Assembly: GCA_951406725.2 (NCBI GenBank)
Contig: OX597829.1
Span: 47,244,001-47,308,000 of the forward strand
DNA length: 64,000 bases
Direction: 5' to 3'
Source: Octopus vulgaris
Lineage: Eukaryota
The translations under genes and the position numbers were made by a program. The notes below the pieces were generated by a model that ran no database searches, had not been told where the DNA came from, and saw nothing but the letters and a program-made list of their open reading frames with translations. Positions 27,291 to 39,831 of this stretch are shown piece by piece (positions within the stretch are counted from its first letter, which is position 1; the number at the start of each line of letters is the position of its first letter).

Positions 27291-27545
27291 AAAATTATCC
27301 AGTGTCTTTCCAAGAACAATTTTGACCACCCTTTTGAATTCAGTACCTTTATCACTTGTGGACATGCTTACAAAAAAATCAAAAATACAGTGCAGAAATC
27401 ATGACTTTCAGAAACATTATTTTGTTGTTCACAATTGTTGAAGCATGGAATAAACTATGAATGTCAATTGTTAACTGTCAAGACATAGCATCCTTTAAAA
27501 AATTCCATGTTTCTCAAAATTCACGAACACTACTGAACCTACCAC

Positions 27546-27898
27546 AGGTGTAGGAGTGGCTGTGTGGTAAGTAGCTTGCTTACATATGGCGGCGAACTGG
27601 AAGAAACGTTAGCACGCCGGGCGAAATGCTTAGCGGTATTTCGTCTGCGTTACGTTGTGAGTTCAAATTCCGCCGAGGTCGACTTTGCCTTTCATCCTTT
27701 CGGGGTCGATAAATTAAGTACCAGTTACGCACTGGGGTCGATGTAATCGACTTAATACCTATGTCTGTCCTTGTTTGTCCCCTCTGTATTTAGCCCCTTG
27801 TGGGTAATAAAGAAATAGGTAAGTAGCTTGCTTACGAACCTCATGGTTCCGGGTTCAGTCCCACTGCATGGCACCTTGGGCAAGTGTCTTCTACTATA
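27546..27898 (+). mobile_element. SINE A head with nested SINE B (27587-27817)
   Basis: 18-bp TSD ggtaagtagcttgcttac at 27566-27583 and 27818-27835. Confidence 0.9.
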
Positions 27899-28195
27899 GG
27901 CTTCACTGAAAATGTCTAATCTCATTGCTATTGTGTAGTGTTTTAATAAAGTATATGATTCGGTATTATCTGATAGTTGATGATTGATTTAGATATATTT
28001 CTCCATTTTCTCATTTTGTATTATTAATTTACGGTAAAAATAATTTTACCTTTGCCCACCTAATACAGTAAATGAATTAATTGCATCGCAATTCTTAAAG
28101 TTTATGTATTAGCTTTGTTGGGTACTTCTCTAGCAGTATATTGGATATATGTTATCCCATGGAGGGTTGAATTTACAACCCCCATCTCATTTTAT

Positions 28196-28249
<54 letters not shown>

Positions 28250-28272
<23 letters not shown>

Positions 28273-28588
28273 ATAAGTTTGTGTGTCTGTGTTTGCGCCC
28301 CTCCCAACATCTCTTGACAACCGATGCTGGTGTATATACGTCCCCGTAACTTAGCGGTTCGGCAAAAAAGACCGATAGAATAAGTACTAGGCTTACAAAG
28401 AATAAGTCCTTGGGTCGATTTGCTCGACTAAAGGATGTGCTCCAGCGTGGGCGGTGGGGTGGAACGTAACAACCGCGATAGTCGAGGTATTACTGTAATT
28501 AACATTTTCAGCTGACATAGGAATGGAATTTGGCCTCAGTCAAATGACTGAAACAAGAAAAAGAGAGTAAAAGAGTAAAGAGAGAGTA
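28250..28588 (+). mobile_element. SINE A 3' half carrying an approximately 86-bp insertion
   Basis: Family A tail interrupted at 28449-28535. Confidence 0.85.
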
Positions 28589-28609
28589 CTGGAATAGATA
28601 TAGAGATTT

Positions 28610-29070
28610 CCCATATTACTGAATACGTACGCAAATATCAGCACAAGGTATATTGGTGAAACATTGCCATCAAAACGTCTGTCAAGTGTAAGCATTACAG
28701 GCGATATTACTGTTTGGGACGGACAAGAAAAAGTATGTACTGTCACAGAGATCAGCGGTTCTGTTGATGCGAATATCTCCGAAAATCAAATTTATACCAA
28801 TAAATCACATTTATACCATTAATTATTGATGCGTTTGGTTTCAGGTGCAAATGCGCGACAATCTGGATAAGCTAAGGTTTTCAGAGAAAAAGTAACAACC
28901 GATTACATCGAACGTTACGAATACAGTCTGTGAGTGGAACAGTAAAAATATGCAAGACTTTTCCAAAGTCTCAAATGTGATATTGTTTTCGATATCAACA
29001 TTCCAAAGGATGGAGCTTTGTAATCTTTGTTAGAAACTAACTCCTGACCCCGAAGAAGAATTTAAATAAC
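28610..29070 (+). mobile_element. Decayed RLE LINE 3' end (lineage related to 59920-60790)
   Basis: DITVWD..EKVCTVTEIS, QSVSGTVKICKTF. 3'UTR similar to 59935-60030. Confidence 0.7.
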
Positions 29071-29077
29071 TAAAAAC

Positions 29078-29503
29078 AGGAGTGGCTGTGTGGTAAGTAG
29101 CTTGCTAACCAACCACATGGTTCCGGGTTCAGTCCCACTGCATGGCACCTTGGGCAAGTGTCTTCTGCTATAGCCCCGGGCCGACCAATGCCTTGTGAGT
29201 GGATTTGGTAGACGGAAACTGAAAGAAGCCTGTCGTATATATGTATATATATATATATGTGTATGTGTGTGTATGTGTTTGTGTATCTGTGTTTGTCCCC
29301 CTAGCATTGCTTGACAACCGATGCTGGTGTGTTTACGACCCCGTAACTTAGCGGTTCGGCAAAAGAGACCGATAGAATAAGCACTGGGCTTACAAAAGAA
29401 TAAGTCCCGGGGTCGATTTGCTCGACTAAAGGCGGTGCTCCAGCATGGCCGCAGTCAAAATGACTGAAACAAGTAAAAGAGTAAAAAAAAAGAGTAAAAG
29501 AGT
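29078..29503 (+). mobile_element. SINE family A, full length
   Basis: Matches the family consensus end to end. Confidence 0.9.
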
Positions 29504-29509
29504 ATACAT

Positions 29510-29560
<51 letters not shown>

Positions 29561-30077
29561 TGCATGTATAAATAGACACATGTATATATATATATCTGTG
29601 TGTGCATGTGTGTGTGTCTGTGTGTGTGTGTACGTATTTATGTGTATGTGCGTATATCTGTATGCGTGCTTGTTTCTGTCTGTCGGTCCCTGCGTCGTCT
29701 CGTTTGGTAAGAAGCATGATGACGAATGAGTACCGAGGCCGGTCTAAAGATAGGTAATGTCAACAAACCGCTTTTCTTCTGCTTCTGCTTTCTCGAATTT
29801 CACTCTTGTCACAAAACCTTTCCATCATATCCGCTACATGATCTTCACCAGTAAGAATACATTATTTCTTCTTCCTCCCCCGGTTTTCATTTCTTCTTCT
29901 TTTCTTCAAAAGGTTAATTACATACAACAGTATGGACTTACTATTCATGTGCAATCTTCATAAACCTCTAACTGGGGGTTTCTCTGTCCCCCGTTTTTTA
30001 TTTATTTTCTGCTCTGTTTTTGTTTTCCATTCCTTCCTCTCAATCATTTTTCTTGGATCTCACTCTTTCTCTTCAAT

Positions 30078-30098
30078 TCCTCCTCCTCCTCCTCCTCT

Positions 30099-30130
<32 letters not shown>

Positions 30131-30510
30131 TTCTTCTTCTTCTTCTTCTTCTTCTTCTTCTTCTTCTTCTTCTTTTTCTTCTTCTTCTTCTTCTTCTTCA
30201 TCCTACTTTTCTTCTTATTCCTCTTCTTATTCTTCTCCCTCCTCTTCTTATTCCGCTTCTACTTCCTCCTCTACCTCGTCTTCTTCTTCCACCCCACTTC
30301 TTATTCTTCCTCCTCCTCCTCTTTTTCTTCTTCTTCTTCTTCTTCTTCTTCTTCTTCTTCTTCTTCTTCTTTCTTATTCTTCCTCATCTTCTTCTTCTTC
30401 TTATCCTCCTTCTTCTTTCTCCTCCTCCTCCTCCTCCTCCTTTTCATCTTCTTCTTCTTCCACCTGCTCTTCTTCCGCCTCTTCTTCTTCTTCCACCTCC
30501 ACTTCTTCTT
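30078..30510. repeat. (CTT)n/(CCT)n microsatellite
   Basis: Direct reading. Confidence 0.95.
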
Positions 30511-30616
30511 CCTGCACATACATACTCTATAATATAAAATAATATATAATGTAACATAATATATATGTGTGCGTGTGTGTTATATCATATATTTATATCA
30601 AATATTATTTTATATC

Positions 30617-30704
<88 letters not shown>

Positions 30705-31362
30705 GTGAAAAGGATATAAACAAACCACAAACGTTTACTGAATGTAAAAACAAACGTGAGACAAACAGAATGTCCATAATCCGTCATCAGTTATCGACCA
30801 ATGGTACTTTTCAGTTTGTCGCCTTTAACGATAAGACTGAATGCTTCCCAATTGGCAGTGCTCATAAAAACAATTTTTCTTGCGTAGAATTATGGACAAG
30901 AGCAAACAAAATGAAACAAAAGAAGCAAAACGATACAGTGTAATTTAGGACGGTGGACGAAGACAAACAGTTGAACAAAATATGGTCTTGGGGCCAAGAA
31001 GACGAAAATAGTGAGTAACGCTTAGAAAAATGTTTTGAACGATGGAGAACGGAGAGAGAATTTGTGACTGCTCAGCTAAGGGACTAGTCTAAGAAAAAAG
31101 AAAAAAAAGAAGCTGGCCGCTGGTCACGTGACAGCAGCAGGCAGAAGAAAAGAACAACAGGGAGGGGGAGCGACAGAGAAAAGAAAGGGGGAGTGGATGA
31201 GGGGAAAAGAGAAGGACTAGGAATACGAGAGTGAGAAAGGCTAGGAATAGAAGAGTGAGAGAGGGAAAGAGAGTAAGTAGAAAGAATGAAAGCAAGAGAA
31301 AAAGAGAGAGTGTGTCATATGGGTACGTCATATATATATATGTATATATATGTATATATATG

Positions 31363-31412
<50 letters not shown>

Positions 31413-31550
31413 ATTTTTAGAAACAGAACTACCCTCAACTCAATCAACATAGGAAGATATTATACCCGACCGAGCCATCAAATATTAAATATTATACTTA
31501 CTATATCTATTCAGAATCCCATATTTTCCATTTTAAAGACAACACGTGCT

Positions 31551-31731
31551 TCATGACAGTATGTCCGTATTTTTTTTAGATATAAGGTCTCTAGTTTCAA
31601 TACTCAATTAGATCGAAGCATTCCCAATCTTCAGGTCTGGATTCTGGTGTAGAAGATTGGGAGTACGTCTATCTAATTGAGTATTGAAACTAGAGACCTT
31701 ATATCGCAAAAATACCGACATACTGTCATGA
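31551..31731. repeat. About 80-bp inverted repeat with about 19-bp spacer
   Basis: tcatgacagtatgtc...cccaatcttc / gaagattggga...gacatactgtcatga. Confidence 0.9.
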
Positions 31732-31813
31732 AAAAATATTGAGAGATGTTCATTTTAGTATCTTTAATTCGAACGTCTCATTCCTGTGGATTCGGAATTA
31801 ATCTTCCCTTATA

Positions 31814-31886
<73 letters not shown>

Positions 31887-32484
31887 AATGTTAGTGCTGG
31901 TTAAAATTTATAATGAAAAAGATATATTACTGAGAAACATCACGTGTTTCTGCAAACCTGTTAATACGGTGGATGATTATTTGTATATTTCTCTAGGCAG
32001 GAAATTGATAACGAGTGGATTTATCCAAATTATTAGTAATATGAAAGGGTCAGTGATTGTGATGTTTTAATTACCCACTTACAGCCGACGTCATCTTGCT
32101 CTGATTGGACAGAACGATGTCCACAAAGGGTCAAAACGTTCTCAAAGTCGTCTCTTTTGTTTGCATGTCCGGAGCAAGCTACATTGCCCAGTGAATGATA
32201 GAATTTGTCTCTTACTTATAGCAAAACGAGTAAAAATTGCCTATAGAGTAAGTATTGAAAACTCCTCCAGTTTCTCTCTCTCTTTCACAAACTCCCTTTC
32301 TCTTTAATTGTGTGTGTATGTGTGTGGGTAATATGTGGCATAATTTTTATATATTAATCACTTTTGCCTTGGTGCCAATCCAGTGGTCACGATTTCAATT
32401 TGTCCTTGGCACTAAAATATCCCCACCGTAAGGCTGAAGCACTCACGTTACTGTTGTTAGCTGCTATTCTTGTCGTTGATCATT

Positions 32485-33105
32485 CTGGTGGTGGTGGTGG
32501 TGACAGCGGTGCTGGTGATGGTGGTGGTGGTGGTGGTGATTGTGGTGGTTGTGGTGATTGTGGTGGTCGTGGTGGTGGTGGTGGTGGTGGCGGCGGCGGG
32601 GGTGCTTTTGGTGATTGTGGTGGTCGTGGTGGTGGCAGTGGTAGTTGTGGTGGTCGTGGTTGTGGTGGTGGCGGTGGTGGTTGTGGTGGTGGCAGTGGTA
32701 GTTGTGGTGGTGGTGGTGGTGGTGGTGGTGGTGGTAGTGGTGGTGGTGCTGTTGGTGATTGTGGTGGTTGTGGTGATGGTGGTGGTGGCGGCGTCGGGGG
32801 TGCTTTTGGCGATTGTGGTGGTTGTGGTGGTGGCAGTGGTAGTGGTGGTGGTGGTGGTGGTGGTGGCGGCGGCGTCGGGGGTGCTTTTGGCGATTGTGGT
32901 GGTTGTGGTGGTGGCAGTGGTAGTGGTGGTGGTGCTGTTGGTGATTGTAGTAGTCGTGGTGGTGGCAGTGGTGATGACGGTGGTGATGGTGACGGCGGTG
33001 ATCGTGGTGGTGGCAGAGGTGGTGAGGGCGATGGTGGTGCTGGTTGTAGTGGTAGTGGTCGTCGTCGTGGCAGTGGCAGTGGCAGTGGTGCTGGTGGTGG
33101 TGGTT
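32485..33105. repeat. (GGT)n-derived compound repeat with higher-order units
   Basis: Recurrent ggtgcttttggcgattgtggtggttgtggtggtggcagtggtagt. Confidence 0.85.
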
Positions 33106-34158
33106 ACGGATGCTGGTTTCAATTACTTACAAACCATTTTTAGCATTCAGGTGTGGATCCAGGTGTAACTATCATGGAAAATACGAAATCTAATAATGTA
33201 AAATGTCACACCACGACACACACTGAGCAATTTATTTTAGCTTCTAAGCTGTTCAACCTTTGTTCGCTTGAGATAATTGACAATCCTCAAAACGGCTATG
33301 GCCCTGGTCCTTGAGTGCGTATGTGTGTGTATGCGTGTATGTGTGTGTACTTATGTGTGTACTTATGTGTGTACCCGTGTGTGTGTGTGTGTGTGATTAT
33401 GTTTGGTTTTGTTATAATTTTAATATTTTAAATATGATTTTGTGAACAATAGCGTTGATGGAGTAGAAGGTCACATGATTGTTTTTCAAACGGGCCAAGC
33501 ATTGGATCGCTGAATCTATCCGCGACTCACACTCCATGTCATCTCGCTCTGATTGATGCAGTTCAACGTTCACCAAAAGAGAGAGATGGGGAGGAGTGCA
33601 AGAGGGGGAAGATAACATGGGGGGGGAAGCAGGGAGAGAAGAGCGGGAGAAAGGCGAGCTGGAGGGAGGAGAGCCGAAGGAAGGAGAGCCATGGGAGGGA
33701 GAGCCGAGGGGGAGGAGAGTGGGAAGAAGGTGAGCATGGGAAGCGAGCGGGAGGGGGGCCTGCGGGAGGGCAAGCAAGAGGGAGAAGAGCGAGGGGGAGG
33801 AGAGAGAGGAAAGGGGAGATAAGGAAGAAGGAGAGAGAGGGAGAAGAGAGGGAGGGAGGAGATAGGGAAGAAGGAGAGAGAGGGAGGGGAGCGGAAATGA
33901 TGAGAGGGGGAGAGAGGGAAGTGTGCGGAAGGAAAGAAGGAAGGTTTCTCAGGTCCTACTCTATAAGTACTTCGACTCAAGAATGACAAGGGGTAGGAAA
34001 ATTATTTCAAAGGAATCTGAAAGCATTTCATTATTGGTTTTCTCAGTTATGTTTATATTTTCACCGAAATAAATCACCAAATAATATACACAAAACATAC
34101 ATACATGCATACATAAAAATGAACATACGTATACAGATATACGTACGACCATACATGC

Positions 34159-34218
<60 letters not shown>

Positions 34219-34539
34219 ATACATACATGCAAGCATGCATGCTTCCACATACACACGCATGCATACACATACATGCTCACATAGATACGCATCGATACAC
34301 AATCATAAATATATACACCTATATACAGACAGACAGTCATATATAATGATGATGGCAGAATTTTGTGTACAAAGATAATGAGGAGGATCGTTAAAAACGA
34401 TCATACTTGAACAACGATGATCCATCGTCGCGATATATATATATATATATACACTCACATATATACATATATATGTACACATATACATATACATATATTT
34501 ATGTATATATGCATATAAAAACATATATATGTATAGATA

Positions 34540-34875
34540 CAAAAAAGTCTATTTGCCAACACAATGTGGCAGTCCCACGCAGGTCGATGTTATTACGTTT
34601 TAGCCCCAAGAAGACATCTTTTCCAGCTACCGACACATGCCATCTCTAAACGGCGATTGTCCTGTACCGAGGAAGGAAAATAACCAAAAAAGATATTGGT
34701 CTATAGGTATCGTTAAGGTTACAAAGGAAGCGGTAGACTCCCTTGGTTACATTATACGGGTACAAATCATGTGTCGGTAGCCAAGTGGAAAAGATGTTTT
34801 TTTTTCTGGGGCTAATATGAAGTAACTTCGATCTGTATAGGACTGTCACACTGTGTTGGCAAATAGACTTTATTG
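34540..34875. mobile_element. MITE with about 100-bp TIRs and TA TSD (Tc1/mariner-type)
   Basis: TA|caaaaaagtctatttgccaacacaatgtggcagtcc...gctaccgacacatg versus catgtgtcggtagc...ggactgtcacactgtgttggcaaatagactttattg|TA. Confidence 0.85.
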
Positions 34876-35139
34876 TATGGTACTGTTACTACATATTCCT
34901 TGCTCAGAGATTTAAAACTAGTTGCTTCCCTCTTATATATACAAATATATGTATACATACAAACATACATACATACATACATACATACATACATACTTAC
35001 ATACATACATGCATACATACATACATACATACATACATACATACATACATACATACATACATACATACATACATACATACATACATACATACATACATAC
35101 ATACATACATACATACATACATACATACATACATACATA

Positions 35140-35413
35140 CAGATTATCCAGATTACAATTTCAGGCTTATACCTGTAATTATTGGAACCCTGTGATATGT
35201 AAAACACTGCCTAAATACCAATCTTGAGAAATTAGACTTTTCAAAACCAGAAAGGAGAAAGCTAATTCGAAGACCACAGATCCAATCCATCACTGGAACT
35301 GTAAAAATCTGTAAAACCTTCCAGAAGTTTATCATTTAAATATATATGAGCATGTCTAGATATGTAACTATATACATAAGAATACATACATAAAACATAC
35401 AAATCTGCACATA

Positions 35414-35447
<34 letters not shown>

Positions 35448-35935
35448 CATACATACATACATATATACATACACACATACATACATACATACATACATAC
35501 ATACATACACATACATACATACATACATACATACATACATACATACGTACGTACGTACGTACACACATACATACATAATACATGCATACATACGTACGTA
35601 CGTACATACATACATACATACATACATACATACATACATACATACATACATACATACATACATACATACATACATACATACATACATACATACAAAAATG
35701 CCCTGCTGTTGATGTTGAAATTCCAGTGAAGGAAACTGGGTCTCTCTCTATTGCCAAATCTTGAAATAAACTGAATAACAATATACATACATGAATACAT
35801 ACATACATACATACATACATACATACATACATACATACATACATACATACATACATACCCTGCTGTTGATGTTAAAATTCCAATGAAGGTGCTTTGAATC
35901 TAAGTTGGAAACCGGCTCTTTCTTGAAAGAAAAGA
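35140..35935 (+). mobile_element. RLE LINE extreme 3' end and 3'UTR pieces embedded in (TACA)n
   Basis: YPDYNFRLIPVIIGTL*YVKHCLNTNLEKL...QSITGTVKICKTFQKF. ccctgctgttgatgtt.aaattcca.tgaagg occurs twice between TACA tracts. Confidence 0.75.
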
Positions 35936-36179
35936 TACATACATATATACATACATACATACATACATACATACATACATACATACATACATACATACAT
36001 ACATACATACATACATACATACATACAGACAGACATAAGCCATAATGATGACACGACTTCACTATTTTGCTAATTAAATTAGGTTACACTGGTCGAACAG
36101 AAATAAATGTAATTTATAGTTGTTTAACTTTTCCAGTGAAAAGGCTTACATTATAAATTACCGTTTCAATATAATTATA

Positions 36180-36765
36180 GTATGTATGTATGTTTGTATG
36201 TATGTATGTATGTATGTATGTATGTATGTATGTATGTATGTATGTATGTATGTATGTATGTATGTATGTATGTATGTATGTATGTATGTATGTATGTATG
36301 TTTGTATGTATGTATGTATGTATGTATGTATGTATGTATGTATGTATGTATGTATGTATGTATGTGTGTATGTATGTATGTATGTATGTATGTATGTATG
36401 TATGTATGTATGTATGTATGTATGTATGTATGTATGTATGTATGTTTGTATGTATGTATGTATGTATGTATGTATGTATGTATGTTTGTATGTATGTATG
36501 TATGTATGTATGTATGTATGTATGTATGTATGTATGTATGTATGTATGCATGTATGTATGTATGTATGTATGTATGTATGTATGTATGTATGTATGTATG
36601 TATGTATGTATGTATGTATGTATGTATGTATGTATGTATGTATGTATGTATGTATGTATGTATGTATGTATGTATGTATGTATGTATGAAGGTAGGTAGG
36701 TAGGACGGTATGTAGGTAGGTAGGTAGGTAGGTAGGTAGGTAGGTTGGTAGGAAGGTAGGTAGGT
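36180..36765. repeat. (TATG)n then (TAGG)n microsatellite
   Basis: Direct reading. Confidence 0.95.
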
Positions 36766-36922
36766 GTATGTGTGTGCGTGTGTGTGTGTGTGGGTATCAA
36801 AAAGATAATTTTTAAATCCAACTTAACGTGGACGCCTTTTTAGAACTCCGACTACTGCGATATTTACCTCGAAAGGTCCTCTCATATAGGCGCAAGGGTT
36901 ATAAAAGCACAGACATATATCG

Positions 36923-37150
36923 TGAAGGCGCGTGGTAAAGTTGTTAGGGTATTCAGCTTACGATCGTAAGGTCATGAGTTCGATTTTTGGCGATGCGTTG
37001 TCTCCTTGAGCTAAGACACTTTATTTCACGTTGCTCCAGTCCACACTGCTAGAAAAAAATGCGCTGTGTCTGGGGCAACCTTTTCACACTCTGTTTCACG
37101 TTGAATCTCCTTGGGAACTATATTGAGGTAAAACTATTCCGTTGATCGAA
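36923..37150 (+). mobile_element. Diverged tRNA-derived SINE (CORE-like)
   Basis: ggcgcgtggt...gagttcgatt...ccttgagctaagacactttatttcacgttgctccagtccac. Confidence 0.6.
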
Positions 37151-37230
37151 TAATGTTTTTTTAACCTTCAGTAAATCATTATACATATCCATCATTTTCT
37201 GTTAAAATGTCTTATTGACGAGTTTCATTT

Positions 37231-37327
37231 CTTTGCTTCCCTGAAGAGAAGATTACATTGTTTCACACCATTTATTCCTTTGGAATAATATCAGTGATAT
37301 CTTCGAAACATGTGTCGGAAGTAAAAG
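37231..37327 (+). ncRNA. Type I hammerhead ribozyme
   Basis: uuugcuucc CUGAAGA gaagau[...]aucuuc GAAA c augu g UC ggaaguaaa: 9-bp stem I, stem II of at least 6 bp, minimal stem III, GUC cleavage triplet. Confidence 0.85.
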
Positions 37328-37769
37328 TATTTGAATTATACCTGCGTTAAACTCCATTTTATTTGCTAAAATAATTCGAAATCTGGGTATAACCGTAAAA
37401 AAATAACAAGGTAAAAGTTTTTATTTTTCATTCCCTTTGAAAACTGCTCTTAAATGTGGTTTTGGTCATTTTGGGTACTTCCTCATGCGTGTAAAATTAC
37501 CTGTTATAGGTAGTTTCTCTTGTGCTTATATGTACACTAATTTATATAATATTGTATGTATGCACGCATGCAAGCATGTATGTATGTATGTATGTATGTA
37601 TGTATGTATGTATGTATGTATGTATGTAGGTATGTATGTAGGTATGTATGTAGGTATGTATGTATGTATGTATGTATGTATGTATGTATGTATGTATATA
37701 CATTGATAGGTTTTGGCCAGTATTGGCCCAGGTCATGTCTAACTTAATAGCATCACCTATACACATACA

Positions 37770-37804
<35 letters not shown>

Positions 37805-37921
37805 GTATATATATATATTTTTTATTTTTATTTTATTTTATCTAGTTTCAGCTCACGAGCTGTGGCCATGCTGGGGCACCGCCGTTTGGTGTGTATGTGT
37901 GTGCTTATATATATGTATATA

Positions 37922-38051
<130 letters not shown>

Positions 38052-38149
38052 GTGTGTGTGTGTGCTTATATATATAAGCACACACATACACACCACAGTA
38101 ACCTCGGACAATATATCCTGGAAAAACATATTACAGCGAGTGACTCTTT

Positions 38150-38809
38150 TTTTTCCTCGTTCAAAGGATTATGCTCACGTGCCATCCTTGCTACATTCAC
38201 CCATCTTTTATTGAAACATTCATTAGACAAAATTCCCATCTCTACTCTCACCTTCCTTTTCAAGTGATACTTGACAAGTTTATGAGAGGTTGACCAGAGA
38301 GGAAAGTGTTTGTCTATAGGCCTTTCAGACGCGCCCACCATACACATTCTTTCGCTATAGCCACAAGTACGATAAAAATGGAAGGAGTCGCGACAATATT
38401 GAGGATAGTCTCGGCTGATAAGCCAACTCGTCCCACACGCGATTGCAGTCGTTCGACATAGGACCACAGGCTGGAAATGGTTGGACACTGCATCTCGGGC
38501 AGGTCGGCCCCGTGTTTCTCGGGCCATGCCTGAACGAGTAGCGCTTCTCGATAGCCTGGCAGACCAGGGATCTCTAGAAGTTGTCTCGGTCCGAAAGTCG
38601 TCTTGAACAGGCGGGTCAGGTATTCCTAGTCGACGCCCAGGTTCGCCCCGAGATCGTCGTCGTACCTCCACTCCACTAATCCCCTATAAAATGCTTTCGT
38701 GGTGATGCAGTCGCTCAAGGTCGACCCAGGACGGCATAGTTGCTTGAGAGCAACGCGACACTTGCGGTGCCATTCGCCCTTCCTCGTCCTCTTATTGATC
38801 CACGACTGC

Positions 38810-38810
<1 letters not shown>
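38150..38810 (-). mobile_element. Tx1/L1-like ORF2 3' remnant
   Basis: TKAFYRGLVE...DNF*RSL...PTCPRC/QCPTISSLWSYVE (zf-RVT-like) and [11 protein letters not shown]...FNKRW. Confidence 0.65.
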
Positions 38811-38876
<66 letters not shown>

Positions 38877-38945
38877 CAAGAGGTATATTGAAGGAAAATT
38901 AAACATTAAATCATTTTCTATCCTTTTATGATATTTTATTTCATG

Positions 38946-39028
<83 letters not shown>

Positions 39029-39039
39029 TTTGTATATAT

Positions 39040-39292
39040 GGAGGCGCAATGGCCCAGTGTCTACAGCGGACTCGAGGTGTTTCGAGTGGTTTCGAGTGGT
39101 TTCGAGTGGTTTCGAGGGGAGTGGTGGCGACCCCTGTTGTACTCTTTCGCCACAACTTTCTCTCACTCTCCCTTCCTGTTTCTTGAGTAACGCTGCAATG
39201 GACTGGCGTCCCGTCCAGCTGGGAGTGGGGAACACATACACCACAAAAACCGGGAAACCGGGCCCATGAGCCTGGTTAGGCTTGAAAAGGGC
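39040..39292 (+). mobile_element. SINE family C, tail variant 2, with internal (gtttcgagtg)x4
   Basis: Shared head and body, then gatggactggcgtcccgtccag...gaaaccggg tail. Confidence 0.8.
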
Positions 39293-39525
39293 GTCGTTTA
39301 TCGTTATATATATATATATATATACACATTTTTTTTTTCAGTTGAGAAAATTTAATATCTGCTTGTGATTGCTTTTGCATCACAGAAGTAGCTAAACAAG
39401 ATAGTTTAGTGAGTTGTAATTTTTTTCTTTCTTTTTTTTTTTTTGTATTTTTACTTATTTTTTCTTATTACTTTTTTTCCATGCGTATGTGACTGAAGGT
39501 TTGTGCTATGTTAGATGAATCAGTA

Positions 39526-39560
<35 letters not shown>

Positions 39561-39571
39561 CATCATCATCA

Positions 39572-39619
<48 letters not shown>

Positions 39620-39628
39620 TTATTATTC

Positions 39629-39659
<31 letters not shown>

Positions 39660-39664
39660 TATTC

Positions 39665-39695
<31 letters not shown>

Positions 39696-39718
39696 TATTC
39701 TTCTTATTATTATTATTC

Positions 39719-39797
<79 letters not shown>

Positions 39798-39831
39798 CAT
39801 TACTATTATTATTATTATTATTATTATTATT

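Noticed and set aside
32364-33143. Gly/Cys-rich structural protein ORF
   Set aside because: Almost all codons are GGT-derived and several frames are open, with no ATG start or signal peptide support. It is best explained as a compound microsatellite.
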